This document shows positions 8,170 through 15,376 of a stretch of DNA of 56,474 nucleotides, piece by piece. Below the pieces are notes generated by a model. The model was not told the DNA's origin and did no database searches. It saw nothing but the letters and a program-made list of their open reading frames with translations. Each line of letters opens with the position of its first letter. Position 1 is the stretch's first letter. The position numbers were made by a program, and so were the translations under genes. The stretch is from Solirubrobacteraceae bacterium (lineage in GTDB: Bacteria > Actinomycetota > Thermoleophilia > Solirubrobacterales > Solirubrobacteraceae), in the NCBI GenBank assembly GCA_030725785.1, contig JANRFB010000090.1, positions 1-56,474 on the forward strand. The letters are read 5' to 3'.

Positions 8170-9189
8170 ATGATCAGAGCTCTCGCCATCGCACCAACGA
8201 TTGCTGCCGCTGCAGCGCTAACCGCCTGCGGCGCCAAGCAGGATGTCGTCACAACTCCGACGCAGCGCACCGTCAGCGTCATTCTCGACCAGTCGGCAAA
8301 TGCCAACCACGTTGGCCTGTACACGGCTCAGACGAACGGCGAGTTCGCCAAAGTCGGGCTAAACGTCAAGTTCATCGCCCCGTCCAATCCGTCGGAGCCA
8401 CTGAAGCTTCTGCAGAGCGGCGGAGCTGACTTGGCGATCTCCTATGAGCCGGAGCTGCTGATTGAACGCGACAAGGGCGCGCCGATCCTTGCTGTCGGAG
8501 CAATTGCGCAGCGGCCGCTGACCTCACTGATGAGCGTCGACGACAAAGCCGTTGACCCGCGCAAGCTGGAGGGCGCGAAGATCGGCACCTCCGGGCTCGC
8601 CTTTCAGGACGCATTTCTTGACCAGATCCTCTCCGCCTCTGGAGTTGACACGACCTCGGTCAAAAAGGTTGATGTTGGCTTCGAGCTGGCCCGGGCGATG
8701 ACTTCGAAGCGCGTCGATGCGACGCTCGGTGCCTTCTGGAACATCGAGGGCGTTGAGCTGCGACAGGCAAAGAAGCGGCCGCGGATCATGCCGGTTGATC
8801 GTGCCGGCGTTCCTCCGTACGACGAGCTCGTGCTGGCAGCGCGAAACGAGACCGTCTCGCGCAACGGGGCGATGATCCGTCGCTTCGTCGGCGCCCTCCA
8901 ACGCGGAACTCAGGCAGCAAAGGCCGACCCCGCCGCCGCGACTACGACGCTGCGCGCGGCGGCACCGAAGCTGAGCAAGCGTGACGCGGTGGCGACCGTA
9001 GCGGCAACGCTTCCGCTGCTATTTCCGGCAGCGCGCAAGCCATTTGGCTGGCAGGAACCGAGCCAATGGCAGACCTTCGCTGACTGGATGAAGCGCAATG
9101 AATTGCTGGCAACGCCTGTCGATAGCGCTCAGGCGTTCACGAACGAGTTCCTGCCCGGTGAGGGCCTCGGCTCACAGACGACTCCCTAG
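8170..9189 (+). CDS. ABC-type substrate-binding lipoprotein, NMT1/THI5-like (nitrate/sulfonate/pyrimidine-precursor class)
   Basis: The internal ATG at 8170 gives a lipoprotein signal, MIRALAIAPTIAAAAALTAC. The body (ANHVGLY...GADLAISYEPELL...) resembles NMT1/THI5-type binding proteins. No permease or ATPase gene is adjacent. Confidence 0.7.
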   Translation: MIRALAIAPTIAAAAALTACGAKQDVVTTPTQRTVSVILDQSANANHVGLYTAQTNGEFAKVGLNVKFIAPSNPSEPLKLLQSGGADLAISYEPELLIERDKGAPILAVGAIAQRPLTSLMSVDDKAVDPRKLEGAKIGTSGLAFQDAFLDQILSASGVDTTSVKKVDVGFELARAMTSKRVDATLGAFWNIEGVELRQAKKRPRIMPVDRAGVPPYDELVLAARNETVSRNGAMIRRFVGALQRGTQAAKADPAAATTTLRAAAPKLSKRDAVATVAATLPLLFPAARKPFGWQEPSQWQTFADWMKRNELLATPVDSAQAFTNEFLPGEGLGSQTTP

Positions 9190-9206
9190 CGACGCGGGCT
9201 AGAAGC

Positions 9207-9506
9207 TCAGCGCTGCAGCATGTGAACATCGACGAGAAACGAGCGCGAAGCCGCGATTGAACCTTGACCTGAGCGCTTGCGCTTGCGTGCAGCCCTGCCC
9301 TGGCGGCGGCGCGAGACTACGACGCAGGCGACGGCGCCAGCTACGAACGACCCGCCTACGACGACTGCCTGTGTGGCTACAAGCTCGGCTGCGCTGCGGC
9401 GCACTGGCAGCGCCCGCGCCTCGTTGACGACGACAGCGTCAACCTCTTCGTCGGTCGACGTCTGCTCGCTGCTGGCGCTGGCGGTGTCAAGCATCATCAG
9501 CGGCAA
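9207..9506 (-). CDS. Hypothetical small single-TM protein
   Basis: 99-aa ORF with an acidic N-terminus, one TM segment (VVVGGSFVAGAVACVVV) and a basic C-terminus. It overlaps the stop of the upstream GNAT gene. No family was recognised. Confidence 0.4.
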   Translation of the reverse strand: MPLMMLDTASASSEQTSTDEEVDAVVVNEARALPVRRSAAELVATQAVVVGGSFVAGAVACVVVSRRRQGRAARKRKRSGQGSIAASRSFLVDVHMLQR

Positions 9507-10725
9507 GGGTAGCTTCGTTTGTGCCCGCGTGTGATGAATCGGTCCGCCAGGGGAATGCTTCGGCGTCGGGTAGCGAAGCTTCGGCGCCCTCTACCAGCAG
9601 CCTTTCGTAAAACCGGTAGCGCCGCACGACCGTGCCGCCCATCCCTTCCATACCGCGGTTCATCGCCTTATTTGTCTCCAGGATCCAACCCATCTCGCCT
9701 CCAGTCTGCGGCGTCGATTCGGCGGACTCATAGTGCATCTCGTAGAGCCGCGCGGCCACACCGGTGTGCTGGTAGTCGCGCTTGACGCCGAGCGCGAACA
9801 CACGCACGCGATCGATTTTTTTTCGCGCGCGAAGAATTTTTAGCCAGCCGAAGGGAAGCAGCCTTCCGTTGCCGGCTTTCTGGATTGCCTGGTTGAAGTC
9901 GGGCAGCGTCAACGCGGCGCCAACGACCTCACCGGTATCGGCCTTCTCAGCGATCATCGCCCAGTTCTCGTCGAGCACAAACTTGAGGTTCTCTGCGTAC
10001 GCGCGGGCCTCCGTCTCACTCAGCGGCACAAAGCCCCAGTTGCGCTCCCAAGCTTCGTTGTAAACCTCGAGGAAGCGACCCACCTCGGCCTGCAGCTCCT
10101 TCTTGCGCATCGGCCGGCAGATGATCCCGTGCTCGCTCTCAACCTTGCCCGCCATCTCCCAGATCGCTGGGTGCACGTCGGCCTTGCCACTGATGTGTAG
10201 GTCCCACATCAGCGTGTCCATTGCTTTACGTAGCCCACAAGCCTCCTCAAGAAGCTTGCGGTAGTAAGGAAAGTGCCACTCGGTAAGAATGATTGGCGTT
10301 AGCTCATAACCCTCGATCAGCAGTCCACACTCGTCGTTGGTCGAGAAGCTCATTGGGCCGACCATCCGGTCGCGGCCACGCTCCAAGTTCCACTGCGCTG
10401 CAGCATCGATCAGGGCGGTAGCGGCCTCAGCGTCGTCCTCACATTCAAAGAATCCAAACAGACCCCAACTGTTGTCCTGAAACTCGTTGAGATTGTCGTC
10501 GATGTGGGCCGAGATGCGGCCGACGATGCGGCCTTCGCGGTAGGCAAGGAAGAGCTGAACTTCAGCGTGCTCAAAAAACGGGTTGTGCTTTGGATCGATG
10601 TGCTGGGCGCGCTCGAACCTCAGCGGCGCAATCCAGATAGGCTTATCGGCGTAGAGGCGGTAAGGGAAGTCGAGAAACTTTTTCCGATCCGCCTTTGTTT
10701 CAACCGGCCTGATCTCTACGCTCAT
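9487..10725 (-). CDS. Large (412 aa) GNAT-superfamily N-acyltransferase-like protein
   Basis: The N-terminus RKKFLDFPYRLYADKPIWIAPL...GRISAHID and the C-terminal acyl-CoA-binding-like segment VFALGVKRDYQHTGVAARLY are typical of a conserved family of roughly 400-aa GNAT proteins, from memory. Confidence 0.7.
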   Translation of the reverse strand: MSVEIRPVETKADRKKFLDFPYRLYADKPIWIAPLRFERAQHIDPKHNPFFEHAEVQLFLAYREGRIVGRISAHIDDNLNEFQDNSWGLFGFFECEDDAEAATALIDAAAQWNLERGRDRMVGPMSFSTNDECGLLIEGYELTPIILTEWHFPYYRKLLEEACGLRKAMDTLMWDLHISGKADVHPAIWEMAGKVESEHGIICRPMRKKELQAEVGRFLEVYNEAWERNWGFVPLSETEARAYAENLKFVLDENWAMIAEKADTGEVVGAALTLPDFNQAIQKAGNGRLLPFGWLKILRARKKIDRVRVFALGVKRDYQHTGVAARLYEMHYESAESTPQTGGEMGWILETNKAMNRGMEGMGGTVVRRYRFYERLLVEGAEASLPDAEAFPWRTDSSHAGTNEATLAADDA

Positions 10726-10739
10726 TGCCAGCAGCCTAT

Positions 10740-12044
10740 ATGCCAGAAACCAAATCTGATCTTTTCGCGAAAGTTCGCGGCCACGAACGCGAGGAACAGC
10801 TTCGCGCAGCGCGTGAAGCTGACCTGCTGCCCTACTTCCGCCTGCTCGACGGCCCTGCGCGGCCGGTCGTCACGATGGAGGGAGCGGAGCGGATCATGCT
10901 CGGCTCAAACAACTACTTGGGCCTGACCGGCGACGAGCGCGTAATTGATGGCGCTCGCGAGGCGCTCGAGACTTACGGCACCGGACTGACCGGCTCGCGC
11001 CTTCTGAACGGGACGATTCCGCTGCACATCGAGCTGGAGCGCGAAATCGCCGAATGGATTGGAACCGAGGACGCGCTCGTTTTCACGACCGGCCATCAAG
11101 CCAACCTCGGCACGATTGGCACGATCCTAAGCCCTGGCGACACGGTGATCGTCGACTCTGGAGATCACGCCTCAATCCTTGATGGATGCCTTCAGTCAAA
11201 GGCGAAATTGCGACCGTTCCGCCACAACCGAATCGACAAGCTCGAGCGCGCGTTGGAGCGGGCGGCCGGCGATGGCGGCGCCGTCCTCGTGGCCGTCGAC
11301 GGCGTCTTCTCGATGGAAGGAGACATCGCGCCGGTCGAGCAGATCGCGGCGCTCTGCAAAGCTCACGGAGCACGGCTGCTGGTCGACGATGCGCATGGCA
11401 CCGGCGTCCTTGGCGCGCGCGGCTCTGGAACCCCGGAGCTGCTTGGTGTCGAGGATCAAGTTGACCTGCGGACAGGCACTTTTTCAAAGTCGCTGGCCTC
11501 CTGCGGCGGCTTTGTTGCTGGAGATGCGGAAGTCATCGACTACCTGCGCGTCTCTGCGCGCGCCTATCTTTTTACCGCCTCCGCTGTACCAGCAGCGGTT
11601 GGCGCGACGTTGGCGGCGCTGCGCATTATTCGCTCCGCGGACGGGCCGCCGCTCTTCGCGGCGGTACTGGAAAACGCCCGCTACTTGCGCGATGGGCTTG
11701 AGGCGCTCGGCTTTGCCGTCGTCGCCCCCCAGCAGCTCGGCTCGCCAACAGCGCAGCTCGATGCCCCAGGAGTAGTCGACGGCAACATCGTCACTCCGAT
11801 CGTGCCGGTCGTCGTCGGCGACGATTGGAAGGCAGTTCTGCTCTGGCGTGCGCTCTACGACGCAGGAGTCTTCGTCAACACGGCACTCCACCCTGCCGTT
11901 CCACCGAGCGGCGCGCTCCTGCGCACGAGCGTGATGGCGACCCACGACCGCGAAACTTTGGACCGAGCGCTGAGTGCCTTTGAGTCGGTGAAGGCGAGCT
12001 TCGAGGCGGAACACGGTCCGCTGCCCGGCCCGGAAGATCACTGA
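10740..12044 (+). CDS. PLP-dependent alpha-oxoamine synthase (BioF/Kbl/serine-palmitoyltransferase family)
   Basis: Contains SNNYLGLTGDERV, DDAHGTGVLG and the PLP-lysine motif GTFSKSL. I prefer the ATG at 10740 over the TTG at 10725. Confidence 0.85.
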   Translation: MPETKSDLFAKVRGHEREEQLRAAREADLLPYFRLLDGPARPVVTMEGAERIMLGSNNYLGLTGDERVIDGAREALETYGTGLTGSRLLNGTIPLHIELEREIAEWIGTEDALVFTTGHQANLGTIGTILSPGDTVIVDSGDHASILDGCLQSKAKLRPFRHNRIDKLERALERAAGDGGAVLVAVDGVFSMEGDIAPVEQIAALCKAHGARLLVDDAHGTGVLGARGSGTPELLGVEDQVDLRTGTFSKSLASCGGFVAGDAEVIDYLRVSARAYLFTASAVPAAVGATLAALRIIRSADGPPLFAAVLENARYLRDGLEALGFAVVAPQQLGSPTAQLDAPGVVDGNIVTPIVPVVVGDDWKAVLLWRALYDAGVFVNTALHPAVPPSGALLRTSVMATHDRETLDRALSAFESVKASFEAEHGPLPGPEDH

Positions 12045-12075
12045 GCCCCCGTAAGCACTTTCGCGAAGCACTACC

Positions 12076-12094
12076 GAGCGCCTTTTTTGCGCTC
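12076..12094 (+). terminator. Weak hairpin after the alpha-oxoamine synthase gene
   Basis: GAGCGC-CTTTTTT-GCGCTC, with the T-run in the loop. An alternative GCGCT-CTG-AGCGC hairpin is followed by GCATTTCGTTT. Not a canonical intrinsic terminator. Confidence 0.3.
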
Positions 12095-12120
12095 TGAGCG
12101 CGCATTTCGTTTACAGCCTG

Positions 12121-12150
12121 TTGACGATTGGCCGGTTTCTTTCGTAGGTT
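12121..12150 (+). promoter_or_regulatory. Candidate sigma-70-type promoter for the mIHF-like gene
   Basis: TTGACG (12121-12126), an 18-nt spacer, then TAGGTT (12145-12150). This implies a leader of roughly 175 nt. Confidence 0.4.
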
Positions 12151-12333
12151 GAGTAAGTCGGCTGCTTGGTGGCCGCGGAGGGGAGCGAGAGGCGCTTGCT
12201 GGAGCCGTAGAGTGGCCCGTCGAAGTCGTCTGGAAGTCCCCACTACAACTTGATCGAAACGGCCTGCATGGCCGCAAATGAACCGTCCTAGCAAGAACTA
12301 TTCGGCGCTCTAGCGGGGCGTCAAGGAGCCCCT

Positions 12334-12651
12334 ATGACCCAAACAGTGAGCAAGGCCCCAGCACCTCAGCACCTCCGCGCACTGGAGCGCGCCAACACGG
12401 TGCGCCTAGCTCGGGCCGAGCTCAAACGTCGCATCGCTGCCGGTGACACACTCGCCGCCGAGGTTGTCGTCGAATCACCTTGGGAGGCACAATCGATGAC
12501 CGTCTCCGACCTAATCACGAGCCAGCGCCGCTGGGGCCGCGCTCGCTGCCGCCGTCTACTTCAAAGCATCCCTATCTCAGAGCAGAAGACGATCGGTTCG
12601 ATGACCGAGCGGCAGCGCCAAGCCCTCGCCGCTGCTCTACCTAGCGCCTGA
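12334..12651 (+). CDS. mihF: Actinobacterial integration host factor-like protein (mIHF family)
   Basis: The 105-aa protein RALERANTVRLARAELKRRIAAG...MTVSDLI...IGSMTERQRQALAAAL parallels mycobacterial mIHF (...AARRARAELK...MKVSALLE...LGDRQRKALLE), from memory. GGAG lies upstream of the ATG. Confidence 0.75.
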   Translation: MTQTVSKAPAPQHLRALERANTVRLARAELKRRIAAGDTLAAEVVVESPWEAQSMTVSDLITSQRRWGRARCRRLLQSIPISEQKTIGSMTERQRQALAAALPSA

Positions 12652-12658
12652 GCGAGTC

Positions 12659-13132
12659 TTACTCGCTGGGCGCGACAATCTCGATGATCTGGCCGTCGGG
12701 GTCGCGCAGATAGACCGAGCGGAGCTTGTCGCGCTCAAAGCACTCAGTGGTTGGCACCTCGCGCTGCTGAAGGTAGTCGCGCCAAGCCTCGACCTCAGCA
12801 GCTGAGCCGACTGCAAGAGCAAGGTGGTGGACGCCGCCAACGCCCTGCGTCGCCTTCGCCATCTGTGGGTACTCAAGGAAGGTCAGGCGCAGCGCGGGCT
12901 CATCTCCGCTCGCCTGCGGGTCGCTCGAGAACCAGAAGTGGCGAGTAGCCGGATCGTCGGCATTGACGCCCTCCTCTACCAGGGCGAGCCCAAGCAGGTC
13001 TCGATAGAAGCCGGTGGTGCGCTCAAGATCGCTACAGATCAGCGTTGCGTGATGGAGTCCGCTTATCCGCAGCGGCTGGCTGGCACCGAGCGCGGCTGCT
13101 CCTGATGGTGCTGGAAACTCAGCGTCACTCAT
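12659..13132 (-). CDS. VOC-family (glyoxalase/bleomycin-resistance/dioxygenase) protein
   Basis: ISGLHHATLICSDLERTTGFYRDLLGL and GGVHHLALAV are typical VOC motifs. The ATG at 13132 overlaps the upstream stop (ATGA). Confidence 0.8.
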   Translation of the reverse strand: MSDAEFPAPSGAAALGASQPLRISGLHHATLICSDLERTTGFYRDLLGLALVEEGVNADDPATRHFWFSSDPQASGDEPALRLTFLEYPQMAKATQGVGGVHHLALAVGSAAEVEAWRDYLQQREVPTTECFERDKLRSVYLRDPDGQIIEIVAPSE

Positions 13133-13605
13133 GCTCGCCACGACATTCCTCCTGATCGACTACGGAACAGAGTACGCAGAAGCCACCAAAGAACCCCGAA
13201 GATGAGCGCCGCGGCGGCCAACAGCAGTACCTTCGGGAGACCGGTAAGAAGCGCCAGAGGCAGCGCCAGAATCACAGCCGAGCAGGTCGAGATAAGCACC
13301 GAATGCGAGCGGTATCCGGCGAAATGCTCACGCAGGCAGAGTTCCAGCGTGGCAATCAAGACCAAGGCCAGGCCGAAGCCAATCAACAGGGCGCGCTGGG
13401 CTCCCCCAAGCAGCGCCACTGCAATCAGAACGATGCCAACGAAGATGCACAGCTCAGTCAGCGGAACCGGCGCCCAGGGCGGTTTCGGTGCCTCGTCCAG
13501 TCGCGCGCGGCGACGGGCGGCAGCATCCGGCCGCGTCGGCGCGCCCTGCTCGCTGGCAGCGGGCGTCCGTTCGGAGAGACCGCGCTTGCGGCTTCGCCTT
13601 CCCAT
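13129..13605 (-). CDS. Hypothetical membrane protein (basic N-terminus, about 4 TM)
   Basis: The ATG at 13605 lies 2 nt after the upstream TAA. Hydrophobic segments are visible (LCIFVGIVLIAVALLGG, LLIGFGLALVLIATL, VLISTCSAVILALPLALL, LLLAAAALIFGVLWWLL). Confidence 0.55.
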   Translation of the reverse strand: MGRRSRKRGLSERTPAASEQGAPTRPDAAARRRARLDEAPKPPWAPVPLTELCIFVGIVLIAVALLGGAQRALLIGFGLALVLIATLELCLREHFAGYRSHSVLISTCSAVILALPLALLTGLPKVLLLAAAALIFGVLWWLLRTLFRSRSGGMSWRA

Positions 13606-13607
13606 TT

Positions 13608-14090
13608 TTAGGTGGCTAAGGGACAGCCGGACGAGAGCTTTACGCGCCACCAGCCCATGAGCCGGCCCATCGGGCCGAGTCGTGGCATTACACTCCAGAC
13701 GCCGCAGCCGCCGACGCCCAAATCGCGCTGCGAGATCCGCACGCGACGATGTTTGGCCGGGTCAAGCAGCATCTGTTCCAGAAGCTCGCGTGCCGCGGCT
13801 CGCTCAGACTCGCGCGCTGCCAGAGTCGTGCGCGCTTCGCGCAGCGAGCCGATCAAGTGGTCGCGCAGCAATTCAAGTTCGCCAAGATTTTGAACGCGCG
13901 GGCCGCGGGCCGGCACCTGCTCAAGATCGAGGCGGTCTGGGAAGGCCTCGCAGGCCGCAGCGCTCAGAGAGCGTTCAAGTTGGGCGATCTGCGAGAGCAG
14001 AGTCCTGCGGGCAGGACTCTGATCAAGATCCGGCTCGAGATCGAACAGCAGATCGCTGCCAGCGCCTTGGTCGAGAAGAAGCACTCCCAT
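13608..14090 (-). CDS. Hypothetical protein with C-terminal Cys/Trp motif
   Basis: 160-aa ORF in operon-like spacing. The predicted helical middle is followed by GVGGCGVWSV...MGWWRVKLSSGCP. No family was recognised. Confidence 0.5.
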   Translation of the reverse strand: MGVLLLDQGAGSDLLFDLEPDLDQSPARRTLLSQIAQLERSLSAAACEAFPDRLDLEQVPARGPRVQNLGELELLRDHLIGSLREARTTLAARESERAAARELLEQMLLDPAKHRRVRISQRDLGVGGCGVWSVMPRLGPMGRLMGWWRVKLSSGCPLAT

Positions 14091-14118
14091 AAATAAAGTC
14101 TAGCTCGCAGCGCAGCGA

Positions 14119-14715
14119 TCAACCACCGCTTATCGCTTCCGCGGCGATCGTTAACGCCTCGTCACCGACAATCGCACTCACGCCAGGGACGAGAATCGCA
14201 ACCAGCAGCAACTGATCACTCGCTGCTCCCGCCGCGAGCGGCGGCTGTGGTGGTGAGAAAAGTTGGCAGAGCGGCCGCTGCGAATCGGCCAAGATCAGCG
14301 CGCCCGGCTCTAAAGCAACCCCTCCGATGCCCTCGTCGAGGCCGGCGCCGCGAATCTCGATCGGCGGCGAGATGGACTTGGCGTCAAACGCGAATACGGG
14401 AACCGACGTCTCCAGCAGCGCCAGCAGCAGCGCGTCGCTAATCCGATCCTGCGGCAGATTGCCGCCGCTGAAAAGTCGCCCAAGCACCGCCTGCTCGATC
14501 GGTGTCAGCTGTTGATCGGGGTCGAGCCCGACCTGGCGAAAGAAGCTGCGGTAGGCAGCTGGCACCTGCTGCTGGCGAAGTTCAAGCGCTTGGCGACCGT
14601 TGAGGCGGCTTGCCAGCAGCGCCAACCGCTCGCCAACGCCGCGGTCGCAGCGGTGGTCGGCGCACGCACAGCCGAGCCAGTCGGCGCGCAGGTCTGGAAA
14701 CTCGGCTTCGACCAT
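14119..14715 (-). CDS. B3/B4 tRNA-binding-domain-like protein
   Basis: VPAAYRSFFRQVGLDPD...IEQAVLGRL...LPQDRISDALLLALLET resembles stand-alone B3_4 domain proteins related to PheT, from memory. Confidence 0.6.
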   Translation of the reverse strand: MVEAEFPDLRADWLGCACADHRCDRGVGERLALLASRLNGRQALELRQQQVPAAYRSFFRQVGLDPDQQLTPIEQAVLGRLFSGGNLPQDRISDALLLALLETSVPVFAFDAKSISPPIEIRGAGLDEGIGGVALEPGALILADSQRPLCQLFSPPQPPLAAGAASDQLLLVAILVPGVSAIVGDEALTIAAEAISGG

Positions 14716-14725
14716 GCCGTTTTAC

Positions 14726-15376
14726 TCAGCCCGATCCTGCGATCGCGCGCAGCCGCCGGTTTAACTCGTCAGTACCGACTTCGCCAACGCCGACGGCATC
14801 AACGGTTCCGCCGGCGCTGAGATAGACGATTTGGGGGCAGACGGCGACTCCGTAAAGGTTGGCCAGCGCGCCGTCGCGGTCTTCGGCAACTGGAATACGC
14901 CAGCCATGGCTGGCAACCAGCGCCCGTGCCTGCGAGCGCTCGCCCGCGATCACTACCGCGGCGACTCCTAGCTTTCGATATTTTGCCGCTGCCCGAATTA
15001 CCTGATCGAGAGTGCGGGCGCAGCGCCCTTCGCCGGAATCGATGAAGACCAAAGCCGCTCCTTGGCCGCGGACAAGATCGCAGGAGTTGAGTATCGCGGG
15101 ACCGCGCAGATCGCAGGCAGCTCTCAGCTCGTCTTTGGCCGCTTTGCGCTGGGTTACGTTGACGTCGCCCTGCAGCGAGGAATCGACAAGCGGAGCTGCA
15201 AACTGGACCATCGCCGTCCCGGCCGCCGGACCGGTCGATGAGCCGCGCTCTCCGGTCGCCGTGTTGTAAGTGACATAACCAACAAGCAGAAGAAGCGCGA
15301 CTACAAGAAAGATGCCTGGCAGCCGCGTCTTCGCTCGTGCTGGCGGTGTCGGTTCGATCGGAGCTTGACTGCTCAC
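14726..15376 (-). CDS. Membrane-anchored thioredoxin-fold (TlpA/redoxin-like) protein lacking CXXC
   Basis: It has an N-terminal TM segment (LPGIFLVVALLLLVGYVTY). The redoxin-like core is AALVFIDSGEGRCARTL, where WCxxC would normally sit, and the cis-Pro loop GVAVCPQIVYL is kept. Its GTG overlaps the TGA of the MMPL gene. Confidence 0.6.
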   Translation of the reverse strand: MSSQAPIEPTPPARAKTRLPGIFLVVALLLLVGYVTYNTATGERGSSTGPAAGTAMVQFAAPLVDSSLQGDVNVTQRKAAKDELRAACDLRGPAILNSCDLVRGQGAALVFIDSGEGRCARTLDQVIRAAAKYRKLGVAAVVIAGERSQARALVASHGWRIPVAEDRDGALANLYGVAVCPQIVYLSAGGTVDAVGVGEVGTDELNRRLRAIAGSG

